Notes under the pieces: generated by a model
Told to the model about the DNA's origin: nothing
The model's input: the letters and a program-made list of their open reading frames with translations, nothing else
The model's database searches: none
In this document: in pieces, positions 10,619 through 19,302 of the stretch
Layout of the letters: the number at the start of each line of letters is the position of its first letter
How positions within the stretch are numbered: the first letter of the stretch is position 1
Position numbers and translations under genes: made by a program
IMG/VR virus record: IMGVR_UViG_3300030104_002421
Span: 32,001-96,000 of that record
DNA from: a virus
Length of the DNA: 64,000 bases
Direction: 5' to 3' (one strand)

Positions 10619-11023
10619 ATGGCAGTAGTAAATAAAAGAACACTTGTTGATAGTGGTACAAGACATGTAGTTATGTTCGAAATCAACAACGCAACAAATG
10701 ACGCTGTGCAAGTGGTAGACGCTTCAGCATTAAAAGGACATGATAGTAACCCAACACTAGACATAAGAAGTATTAAGTGGAATACAACGGCAGCAACTAG
10801 TGATGTGGCATTTGAATTTGACGCAACAACAGATAGTCATGGTATATCAGTACACGGTAGTGGTGAGTATGGATTTCATGGTAAACAACCTATGATAACA
10901 AATCCAGAAGCAAGTGGCGTAACTGGTGATATAGTTATCACTAATGCGTCAGCAGTAACTGGTACTTTTATTTTAGAAGTACAAAAATCTAAAGGTTATG
11001 ATAACTCAGGACAAACAAGATAA
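10619..11023 (+). CDS. Putative virion beta-sandwich protein (paralog 1)
   Basis: Strong SD; shares VDAS.L, FD.T, G.G and GDI..T motifs with the next ORF. Confidence 0.65.
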   Translation: MAVVNKRTLVDSGTRHVVMFEINNATNDAVQVVDASALKGHDSNPTLDIRSIKWNTTAATSDVAFEFDATTDSHGISVHGSGEYGFHGKQPMITNPEASGVTGDIVITNASAVTGTFILEVQKSKGYDNSGQTR

Positions 11024-11409
11024 TGGCTGATACAGTAACAAGTCAAACTATAACGGATGTAGCCGGCACTAAAACGGTAATGAAATTTACCAATAAAAGT
11101 GATGGTACAGGAGAAACACTAGTAAATAAAGTGGATGCAAGTGAATTAAATCATGCGTCTTCAACGACTAAAATTGCTAGAGTAATTTATAGTGTCAATA
11201 CCACGGACCCTAAAGGGTCCGTTGAGATTGTATTTGATGGTTCAACTAATGCTACGGCATTGTTTCTATCAGGTCAAGGCACAATAGATTTACAAACATC
11301 TGCTATACAGATACCCAATAATGCGAGCTCCGCTACGGGCGACATTTTGTTTTCCACACACAATTTTGTCAACGGAGACAGTTATTCCGTCATTTTAGAA
11401 GTGAGATAA
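11023..11409 (+). CDS. Putative virion beta-sandwich protein (paralog 2)
   Basis: MADTVTSQTI..KFTNKSDGTGE..KVDASEL; TAATG coupling to paralog 1. Confidence 0.65.
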   Translation: MADTVTSQTITDVAGTKTVMKFTNKSDGTGETLVNKVDASELNHASSTTKIARVIYSVNTTDPKGSVEIVFDGSTNATALFLSGQGTIDLQTSAIQIPNNASSATGDILFSTHNFVNGDSYSVILEVR

Positions 11410-11417
11410 TATAAATA
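11410..11417 (+). promoter_or_regulatory. T4 late promoter TATAAATA upstream of gp21
   Basis: Exact consensus. Confidence 0.8.
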
Positions 11418-11441
11418 GAACAAAAGGGGAAAATACGCAAC

Positions 11442-12095
11442 ATGAAACTTATAACAGAAGAACTTACAAATGTTGAATTGATGGTCGAAGAAAAAAACGG
11501 CTCAAAACAACATTTCATTAAAGGTACCTTCATGCAGGCAAACATAAAGAACAGAAATGGTCGTGTTTACCCAATGGAAGTATTAGAAAAAGAAGTAGGA
11601 AGATACAGAAAAGAATTTATTGACCGTAAAAGAGCATTTGGAGAACTTGGACATCCAGAAGGACCTACTGTTAACCTAGAAAGAGTATCACATATGATAA
11701 CTAAACTAGAGAATGACGGTAAAGGTAATTACTACGGTGAAGCAAAGATTACAGATACGCCATATGGTAAGATTGTAAAAGAACTTATCAACGAAGGCGC
11801 ACAATTAGGAGTTTCGTCAAGGGGCATGGGTTCCTTGGAGAATAAAGGTGGTACTAACTATGTAAAAAATGACTTTTACTTAGCAACTGCTGCCGACATT
11901 GTTGCAGATCCGTCTGCTCCATCAGCATTTGTACAAGGTGTTATGGAAGGTAAAGAGTGGGTATGGGATAATGGTATTGTCAAGGAACAAGATGTTTCTG
12001 AAATACAAGAAGAAATAAACCGTGCTAAGCGTGATGAATTAGTAAAAGCGCAGACTGCTGCTTTTGATAAATTTATGCGAAAGTTACAGTTTTAA
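11442..12095 (+). CDS. gp21: Prohead protease gp21
   Basis: KNRNGRVYP, GELGHP, GVSSRGMGS, DIVADPSAP. Confidence 0.97.
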   Translation: MKLITEELTNVELMVEEKNGSKQHFIKGTFMQANIKNRNGRVYPMEVLEKEVGRYRKEFIDRKRAFGELGHPEGPTVNLERVSHMITKLENDGKGNYYGEAKITDTPYGKIVKELINEGAQLGVSSRGMGSLENKGGTNYVKNDFYLATAADIVADPSAPSAFVQGVMEGKEWVWDNGIVKEQDVSEIQEEINRAKRDELVKAQTAAFDKFMRKLQF

Positions 12096-12147
12096 TAAAT
12101 AGTAGTACGCAAATTTAATATTTCGAAATATTGGAGAGATAAAAAAA

Positions 12148-13440
12148 ATGACGGAAGAAATTAAAAACGAACAAGAAATCGTTTCTGAAGCTCCTAAGGG
12201 ACAAGATGCTCCTAAAGCTGGTGCAGCTAAAGCTGAACCAATGCAAAAAGTAGGCGACTTTGAAGATTTAGGTCCAGCGGTTGTAAAACCAACTGACAAA
12301 AATCCAGACGCTGCTAAAAAAACTAAAAAAGATGCATCCGCTCCTACGAAAGGTGCCGGCGCACCGGAATCTGCTGAGAAAATGAAAAAAGAAGAAGCAG
12401 AACCAGAAGACGCTGAAGATAAAGAAAACGATAAAAAAGATGACGAAGAAGAAAAAGCTGAAGATTATGGTAAAATGGAAACACCAAAAACCAAATCTGG
12501 CATGATTCAGGCAATGTACGACAACATGAACAAAATGAAAAAAGCTGATTTACAAGCCAACTATGGCAAAATGATGAAAGCAATGAACATGAAAATGGAC
12601 ATGGATCCTGAAGATAAAGAAGACGAAGATAAAGAAAAAGAAATGGCAGCTGCTTCTGAAGCAGTAGAAAAAAGAGTTAAAGAAATTAATGTTGAAGAAG
12701 ATGTTAATGCTTTAGTTTCTGGCGATGAAACTTTATCTGAGGACTTTAAAGCTAAAGCCGCAACAATCTTTGAAGCTGCAGTTAAATCAAAAGTAAGAAA
12801 TGAAATCGAAAGATTAGAAGGTGAATACTCAACTGAAATAACTGAAGCAACAAACAACATTAAAGAAGAATTAACTAATAAGGTTGATAACTACTTAAAC
12901 TATGTTGTTGAAGAATGGATGAAAGAAAACGAACTTGCTATTGAAAAAGGTATCAAAGGCGAGATTGCTGAAGATTTCATCGGCGGATTAAAACAATTAT
13001 TTGAAGACCATTACATTGATGTTCCAGATGAAAAGTATGATGTGCTTGGCGCAAAAGAAACTGAACTGGAAGAAGCGAAAGCTAAAATCAATGAAATGAC
13101 TGAAAAAATGATTGAAAAATCTAAAGTCATTAACGAGTTTACTAAAGAAGAAATTTTAGAAGACATTACATCTGGTCTTGCTGACACAGAGGTAGAGAAA
13201 CTAAAATCTTTAGTAGAAGATATAAGTTACGAAGGTGCTGATGAGTACAGAACAAAATTAGAAACTATTAAGGAATCTTATTTTGGACAAGGTGCTTCAA
13301 AGGCGGCTCCGGCGTCAACTGAAAATGTTGACACACTTAACACCGACAATGGTAACACAGTAACAGATATGTCTGATAGCATGTCTCGTTATACGGCTGC
13401 AATTAGTAGGGTAAAAGGTAGAGATATCTACAATAACTAA
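12148..13440 (+). CDS. gp22: Prohead core scaffold gp22
   Basis: LSEDFKAKAATIFEAAV, VDNYLNYVVEEWMKENELAIE; lies between gp21 and gp23. Confidence 0.93.
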   Translation: MTEEIKNEQEIVSEAPKGQDAPKAGAAKAEPMQKVGDFEDLGPAVVKPTDKNPDAAKKTKKDASAPTKGAGAPESAEKMKKEEAEPEDAEDKENDKKDDEEEKAEDYGKMETPKTKSGMIQAMYDNMNKMKKADLQANYGKMMKAMNMKMDMDPEDKEDEDKEKEMAAASEAVEKRVKEINVEEDVNALVSGDETLSEDFKAKAATIFEAAVKSKVRNEIERLEGEYSTEITEATNNIKEELTNKVDNYLNYVVEEWMKENELAIEKGIKGEIAEDFIGGLKQLFEDHYIDVPDEKYDVLGAKETELEEAKAKINEMTEKMIEKSKVINEFTKEEILEDITSGLADTEVEKLKSLVEDISYEGADEYRTKLETIKESYFGQGASKAAPASTENVDTLNTDNGNTVTDMSDSMSRYTAAISRVKGRDIYNN

Positions 13441-13465
13441 TAAACAAGAAAAGGATAGAATTAAA

Positions 13466-14731
13466 ATGTATAATTCAGAAAACTTACAGGAAAAGTGGTC
13501 ACCGGTTCTTGAGCATGCGGATCTACCAAAAATAGATAACCCATACAAAAGAGCGGTAACTGCTGTTATCCTAGAAAACCAAGAAAAAGCGGCGAAAGAA
13601 GACAAAGCATTCTTGGGAGAAATTGCCAATGTAACAGGTGACGCTGCCGTGGCAAATTGGGATCCAATCCTAATTTCTCTCGTAAGAAGAGCAATGCCTA
13701 ACTTAATCGCTTACGATATCTGTGGCGTTCAACCAATGACTGGTCCAACTGGACTAATCTTTGCAATGAAGTCCAGATTTACTTCAAACTCAGGCACAGA
13801 AGCATTATTCAACGAAGCTGATTCAGATTTCTCTGGAACAGGTACTCATTCTGCTTCTCTAAATCCAGGGTTGATGAACGATACTACAACTTCCGTTACT
13901 GCTGGTACTGGTATTGCAACTGCTACGGCAGAAGCTTCATCATCTTTCGCAGAAATGGCGTTCAGTATTGAAAAATCAACTGTAACTGCTAAAACTAGAC
14001 AGTTAAAAGCAGAATACACAATGGAACTTGCACAAGACTTAAAAGCAATCCATGGTTTAGACGCTGAAACAGAATTAGCAAACATCTTGTCTGCTGAAAT
14101 TCTTGCTGAGATTAACCGTGAAGTAGTGAGAACTATTTACGAAAAAGCTAAAAAAGGTGCAGGTGTTAATACAACTACTGCTGGAACTTTCGACCTTGAT
14201 ACTGATTCAAATGGTAGATGGTCTGTTGAGAAATTCAAAGGACTAATGTTCCAAGTAGAAAGAGACGCTAATGTAATCGCACAAGAAACAAGAAGAGGAA
14301 AAGGTAATATTATCATTTGCTCATCTGATGTTGCTTCTGCTTTACAAATGGCTGGTGTATTAGATTACGCTCCTGCTTTAAACAACAGTCTAAATGTTGA
14401 CGATACTGGTAATACTTTTGCTGGTACTCTAAACGGTAGATACAAAGTATATATTGATCCATATGCAAGTAACAATACTGCTGCTCAATACTATACTGTT
14501 GGTTATAAAGGAACTTCACCTTATGACGCTGGTATGTTCTATTGCCCATATGTACCACTACAAATGGTAAGAGCAGTAGGCGAAAACAGTTTCCAACCAA
14601 AAATTGGTTTCAAAACTAGATACGGTCTAATTAGAAACCCATTCGCTGAAGCAAGTGCTCAAGCTTCTGGAACAGGAACTGACCAAGCTAACATTTATTA
14701 CAGAATGGTTAAGGTTACTAACCTTATGTAG
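13466..14731 (+). CDS. gp23: Major capsid protein gp23
   Basis: LVRRAMPNLIAYDICGVQPMTGPTGLIFAM, ELAQDLKAIHGLDAE, FQPKIGFKTRYG. Confidence 0.98.
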   Translation: MYNSENLQEKWSPVLEHADLPKIDNPYKRAVTAVILENQEKAAKEDKAFLGEIANVTGDAAVANWDPILISLVRRAMPNLIAYDICGVQPMTGPTGLIFAMKSRFTSNSGTEALFNEADSDFSGTGTHSASLNPGLMNDTTTSVTAGTGIATATAEASSSFAEMAFSIEKSTVTAKTRQLKAEYTMELAQDLKAIHGLDAETELANILSAEILAEINREVVRTIYEKAKKGAGVNTTTAGTFDLDTDSNGRWSVEKFKGLMFQVERDANVIAQETRRGKGNIIICSSDVASALQMAGVLDYAPALNNSLNVDDTGNTFAGTLNGRYKVYIDPYASNNTAAQYYTVGYKGTSPYDAGMFYCPYVPLQMVRAVGENSFQPKIGFKTRYGLIRNPFAEASAQASGTGTDQANIYYRMVKVTNLM

Positions 14732-14755
14732 GATTCATTTCCTCCATGAAATTAA

Positions 14756-14780
14756 GAGGGCGCTACGGCGCCCTTTTTTT
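14756..14780 (+). terminator. Rho-independent terminator after gp23
   Basis: AGGGCGC-TACG-GCGCCCT followed by a T run. Confidence 0.9.
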
Positions 14781-14794
14781 TGCTTTCCAGTCCT

Positions 14795-14802
14795 TATAAA
14801 TA
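14795..14802 (+). promoter_or_regulatory. T4 late promoter TATAAATA for gp3 (near-leaderless)
   Basis: Exact consensus 5 nt before ATG 14808. Confidence 0.8.
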
Positions 14803-14807
14803 GTAGT

Positions 14808-15404
14808 ATGACAGATAGTACATTAGCAACAAAACAACCAACTAATTTAGATTATGCTGACCCTACTAAATTTAAGTTTCAGATAATCAAACTACCTACT
14901 GTAGAATATAATACTGTACAGGCAACTTTGCCAGGTATATCATTAGCAGAGTTAAATCAACCTACTAGATTACAACAATTAAAACTTGCAGGTAATGATT
15001 TAACATTTGAAGATTTATCTATTACATTTATTGTAGATGAAGAATTAATAAACTACAGAAAAGTACATGATTGGATGTCAGGTTTAGCTCAAGTAGATGG
15101 TGATACATCATTTCAAAATGTATTAAGTGATGGACAAGATAGAATGCCATTGTCTCAAAGCAGAGGTATTCAAACAGAAGCAGGTAAGATTATGCCGGCA
15201 ACACCAGATGGTGCCATATATTCTGACGCTAAACTTATTGTATTGTCAAGTAGAAATTTACCTAAACTAGAGGTAACTTTCGTAGATTGTTATCCTAAAT
15301 CATTAAGTGCTTTAGAATACAATCAACAAGCAACAGATACGGAGTATCTACAAGCGACGGTGACTTTTGGTTATAAATACCATGAGTATAGTACACCATT
15401 TTAA
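14808..15404 (+). CDS. gp3: Tail tube terminator/completion protein gp3
   Basis: PTKFKF, LPGISL, FIVDEELINY..VHDWM, YLQATVTF; the ORF-track start at 14655 is an over-extension. Confidence 0.85.
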   Translation: MTDSTLATKQPTNLDYADPTKFKFQIIKLPTVEYNTVQATLPGISLAELNQPTRLQQLKLAGNDLTFEDLSITFIVDEELINYRKVHDWMSGLAQVDGDTSFQNVLSDGQDRMPLSQSRGIQTEAGKIMPATPDGAIYSDAKLIVLSSRNLPKLEVTFVDCYPKSLSALEYNQQATDTEYLQATVTFGYKYHEYSTPF

Positions 15405-15412
15405 TTAAAAAC

Positions 15413-15441
15413 TTGCCTTTTTGGCAGGAATGTGATATAAT
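15413..15441 (+). promoter_or_regulatory. Sigma70-type promoter for uvsY
   Basis: TTGCCT-N17-TATAAT with an extended TG. Confidence 0.8.
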
Positions 15442-15447
15442 ATAATT

Positions 15448-15876
15448 ATGAATTTAGATGAACTACAAGCGCAAGCTGAAAAAGATTTGAAGATTGATGA
15501 TACTGAACTTGATATTGAAAGTTTAAATACACCAATCATACACGCCAAATACCTCAAACATTATTCCACTTATAGTCTAATGCTTACAAAAGCACAAAGC
15601 GAATACAATCAATTGTATAAAAAGAAATGGGTCTTTTATACAGGTAAAGCAGACCCAGAGGAATATAAAGAAACTAACTTTGAATTAAAAGTATTAAGAC
15701 AAGATGTTGGTACATTTATTGAGGCAGACGAAGAAATAATAAAACAAACACAAAAGGTTTCTTATCTTAAAACTGTATGTAATTATTTAGAGAACACACT
15801 TAAACAAGTTAACAATAGAGGTTTTCAAATAAAGAACGCAATAGATTGGAAACGATTTACGGAAGGAAGTATGTAA
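15448..15876 (+). CDS. uvsY: Recombination mediator UvsY
   Basis: DLKID..LD.ESL..P.IHAKY, RGFQIKNAIDWKRF. Confidence 0.92.
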   Translation: MNLDELQAQAEKDLKIDDTELDIESLNTPIIHAKYLKHYSTYSLMLTKAQSEYNQLYKKKWVFYTGKADPEEYKETNFELKVLRQDVGTFIEADEEIIKQTQKVSYLKTVCNYLENTLKQVNNRGFQIKNAIDWKRFTEGSM

Positions 15877-16700
15877 TGATATTTTGCATTGGTAATGGAG
15901 AAAGTAGAAAAGATTTTGATTTAGATAGATTACGACCATTTGGTAAGATATATGGTTGTAACGGACTGTATAGAGATTTTGCACCTGATTTATTACTTGC
16001 AATGGATTATAACATATGCCACGAAATATATCGTAGTGGTTATGCCTTTGACCATAATGTTATGTTAAAAACATGGGAGAAAAATCCTGCTTCCATGTAT
16101 GATAAACTATTTTTACCAGAAACTGTGGCTAAGTTTATAGGACAAGATATAGATGATATACACGAACTTACAGATGAGTGGGCATGGAAAGGTGAAAAGA
16201 AAAGATTTTTTGTATGTTGGGCAAACAATAGAGACTTAATGAAAAAGATGAGAGAATCCAGACCAGAGTGGAATGAGGATGATATGAAACTTTATCTTAG
16301 CGAAGACCAAGAAGGTTATCTTATTACATGGACAAAGAAGAAAGATAAAGTAGTAGGACTAGGTAAGTATAAAGATGAAAAGACTAATGCAGGTATATTG
16401 ATTGCACATATGGCAGCAGAAAAAGAAAAACTTATATATCTACTAGGATATGATTACTACTCTAAAACAGAAACAGTTAATAATATATACAAAGATACAA
16501 AAGGTTATGTTGGTAAAAATGCACATGCAATAAAACCAGATAACTGGATAATGCATACAAAACGATTACTTAATCACTATGACAAAGACCACAAATTTGT
16601 ACATGTTGGTGAACCTATAGAAGAATTATCAGACCGTGATAATTGGGAAAATATCTCATATGAAGAACTAGATGAGCGAATTAGCCGTAACGAAATTTAA
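15876..16700 (+). CDS. Hypothetical protein with DUF115/GT42-like Rossmann motifs
   Basis: N-terminal CIGNGES..YGCN..RD..PD...D and C-terminal IYLLGYD. Confidence 0.5.
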   Translation: MIFCIGNGESRKDFDLDRLRPFGKIYGCNGLYRDFAPDLLLAMDYNICHEIYRSGYAFDHNVMLKTWEKNPASMYDKLFLPETVAKFIGQDIDDIHELTDEWAWKGEKKRFFVCWANNRDLMKKMRESRPEWNEDDMKLYLSEDQEGYLITWTKKKDKVVGLGKYKDEKTNAGILIAHMAAEKEKLIYLLGYDYYSKTETVNNIYKDTKGYVGKNAHAIKPDNWIMHTKRLLNHYDKDHKFVHVGEPIEELSDRDNWENISYEELDERISRNEI

Positions 16701-18141
16701 CGAAGCATATATTAAGTGTACTAGTGAAGATTTAGGACTGCTACAGTCTCTATCTGACTTTTTTACCTTTCCAGTACCTGGTGCCTCATTCATGCCATCT
16801 GTCCGTGCTAAACGGTGGGATGGTAAGATAAGATTATTTAGCAAAGCAACAGGAAAAATTTATGCTGGTGTGTTACCTTATATCATTGAGTTTTGTCGCC
16901 GGAACAGCCATACAATCATACTAGACGAAGCGTTAACCATTGGTGGGGGTGTTCCTACCAATGATGTTTCCAAGTTTATTGACAAATTATCAGTAAAAGA
17001 CATAGAAATTAGAGATTATCAATTAGGAGCGATTACACATGCATTGAATAGTAAAAAGACAATACTATTATCACCTACTGCTTCAGGTAAATCATTAATC
17101 ATCTATTGTATTATAAGAATGATGAAAGTTTTAGGTAATAAGTGTTTACTAATTGTACCTACCACTTCTTTGGTAGAACAAATGTATAAAGACTTTATTG
17201 AATACGGTTGGGACGCTGAGAAGTATGTACAAAGAAAATACTATGGTTATGAAATAGATGAAAGTAAACCTGTTGTTGTATCTACATGGCAATCTTTGGC
17301 AACTTTTGATAAAGAATACTTTAAAGATTTTGGTTGTGTTATAGGTGATGAAGCACACTTATTCAAATCTAAAGAATTGCAGAAAATTTTAGGTGCTTTA
17401 ATAAACGCTAAATATAGAATAGGTACAACTGGTACTTTAGATGATAGTAAAACACACAAACTTGTATTAGAAGGTTTATTTGGTACAGTACATCAAGTTA
17501 CAACAACACGAAGTCTCATAGACAAGAAACAATTAGCAGACTTAAAAATACAATGTATTGTTTTAAAATATCCTAAAGAGGATTGTATTCAAGTAAAGAA
17601 CTTGAAGTACCAAGAAGAAATGGATTACATTGTTTCACATGAAAAGAGAAACAAGTTTATTCGTAATCTAGTAAAGAAACAAACTGGTAATACTTTGGTA
17701 TTATTTCAGTATGTAGAAAAACATGGTAAGATATTACATCAACTTATTGGTGACACTATTGACCCAGAAACAAGAAAACTGTTTTTTGTATATGGTGGTA
17801 CAGATACGAAAGATAGAGAGACAGTTAGGAGTATAACAGAAAATGAAAGCAATGCTATTATCGTGGCGTCATATGGTACTTTCAGTACCGGTATTAACAT
17901 ACGGAATCTACATAACATTGTTTTTGCTAGTCCTAGCAAATCTAAAATTCGCAATCTCCAGTCTATTGGTCGTGGTCTTCGCCTTGGTGGTAATAAAGAT
18001 GTTGCTACGCTTTACGATATATCTGATGACTTTACCTATAAGACTTATAAGAACTTTACTATGAACCACTTTTTGGAAAGGATAAATATCTATAGTGAGC
18101 AAGAATTTGATTATGAAATATTTAATGTGGACCTTATATGA
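16672..18141 (+). CDS. uvsW: UvsW DNA helicase
   Basis: WDGKIRLF, SPTASGKS, DEAH, QSIGRGLR. Confidence 0.96.
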   Translation: MSELAVTKFNEAYIKCTSEDLGLLQSLSDFFTFPVPGASFMPSVRAKRWDGKIRLFSKATGKIYAGVLPYIIEFCRRNSHTIILDEALTIGGGVPTNDVSKFIDKLSVKDIEIRDYQLGAITHALNSKKTILLSPTASGKSLIIYCIIRMMKVLGNKCLLIVPTTSLVEQMYKDFIEYGWDAEKYVQRKYYGYEIDESKPVVVSTWQSLATFDKEYFKDFGCVIGDEAHLFKSKELQKILGALINAKYRIGTTGTLDDSKTHKLVLEGLFGTVHQVTTTRSLIDKKQLADLKIQCIVLKYPKEDCIQVKNLKYQEEMDYIVSHEKRNKFIRNLVKKQTGNTLVLFQYVEKHGKILHQLIGDTIDPETRKLFFVYGGTDTKDRETVRSITENESNAIIVASYGTFSTGINIRNLHNIVFASPSKSKIRNLQSIGRGLRLGGNKDVATLYDISDDFTYKTYKNFTMNHFLERINIYSEQEFDYEIFNVDLI

Positions 18142-18602
18142 CAGATAAAAAAGAAAAAGTAAATATAAAGAAAGTAGTAATACCTACACCTAGAATGCTA
18201 AAATTAGCAACAGGTGAACAGGTTATAGCGATTATCTATGTACAAGAAGGTTCAGATTTTATTCGCCTTTCTGACCCATATAAAATAGAATTACATAATT
18301 TTGACGCTGACCCTACGGCATACTATATGGAAGAAAGAATGTCAATGAAACCTTGGGTTTGGCAGGCGCAAGATAAGATATTTTCAGTACATAAAAACAA
18401 TATATTAACGATAGGTATGCCAAACGAAACTATCAAAGATTATTATAATAATATAAGATTAGGAAAAATAGAGGTTCCACAAGAGAAACCTTTAAAACCA
18501 ATGCCTTCCGTGGACGAGTTTAATCAAATGTTAGATAAACTAGGAGATGAAGATTATTTTGATGTTATAGAACATCTAAAGGGTAAGAAGACAGTACATT
18601 AA
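18138..18602 (+). CDS. Conserved T4-like hypothetical protein (Sm-like fold suspected)
   Basis: LKLATGEQVIA..P....MKPW pattern; typical position between uvsW and gp55. Confidence 0.6.
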   Translation: MTDKKEKVNIKKVVIPTPRMLKLATGEQVIAIIYVQEGSDFIRLSDPYKIELHNFDADPTAYYMEERMSMKPWVWQAQDKIFSVHKNNILTIGMPNETIKDYYNNIRLGKIEVPQEKPLKPMPSVDEFNQMLDKLGDEDYFDVIEHLKGKKTVH

Positions 18603-18634
18603 GCTAATATGTATCTGAAGGAGGGACACCGCCC

Positions 18635-18663
18635 ATTATACACTAACCCACCAAAAAAGTCAA
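18635..18663 (-). promoter_or_regulatory. Antisense sigma70-type promoter
   Basis: Minus strand reads TTGACT-N17-TATAAT. Confidence 0.75.
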
Positions 18664-18688
18664 GCCTTTTTTTAAATTAATTTAATGC

Positions 18689-18717
18689 TTTACTTTTTGA
18701 GTAAAATGTGATATAAT
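18689..18717 (+). promoter_or_regulatory. Sigma70-type promoter for gp55
   Basis: TTTACT-N17-TATAAT with an extended TG. Confidence 0.75.
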
Positions 18718-18744
18718 ACACTATATTAATAAGGAAAATTTATT

Positions 18745-19302
18745 ATGACAACAACAGTAAAACTAAAAACTCCTAAGAAAAAGGAACACTATGTTTCTAA
18801 CAAAGATTTTTTAGAAGCAATGAAAGACTTTAAGAAGAAGTGTTTAGCTGCAGAGAAAAGAGGAAGAAAGCAACCACCTATAAGTGATTACATAGGTGAA
18901 TGTTTTTTAAAGATTGCTAATCATCTATCCTACAGACCAAACTTCATAAACTACACATACAAAGAAGACATGATTTCAGACGGTATAGAAAACTGTTTGC
19001 AATATGTAACGAATTTTGACCCAGAGAAAAGTAACAATCCTTTTGCTTACTTTACACAGATTATATACTACGCTTTTATTCGTAGAATACAAAAAGAAAA
19101 GAAACAAACAACAATCAAACAAAAACTAATATTAAAAAGTGGCCTAGATGAATTAGTTTTACAGGCAGGTGATGATGGTGATTATCAAAACCAGTATGCT
19201 GATTTTCTTAAAAAGAATATGGTAGAAACTGAACCTGAAAAACCTAAAGAGAAAAAGGTTAGAAAGAAAGAGCCTAAAAAACTAGAATACTTTATGCAAT
19301 GA
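18745..19302 (+). CDS. gp55: Late-transcription sigma factor gp55
   Basis: HYVSNKDFL, YIGECFLKIA.HLSYRPNF, NPFAYFTQI.YYAF.RRIQKEKKQ. Confidence 0.97.
   Translation: MTTTVKLKTPKKKEHYVSNKDFLEAMKDFKKKCLAAEKRGRKQPPISDYIGECFLKIANHLSYRPNFINYTYKEDMISDGIENCLQYVTNFDPEKSNNPFAYFTQIIYYAFIRRIQKEKKQTTIKQKLILKSGLDELVLQAGDDGDYQNQYADFLKKNMVETEPEKPKEKKVRKKEPKKLEYFMQ

Noticed and set aside
14655-14807. N-terminal extension of gp3 overlapping gp23
   Set aside because: It crosses the gp23 terminator, and the late promoter at 14795 points to ATG 14808
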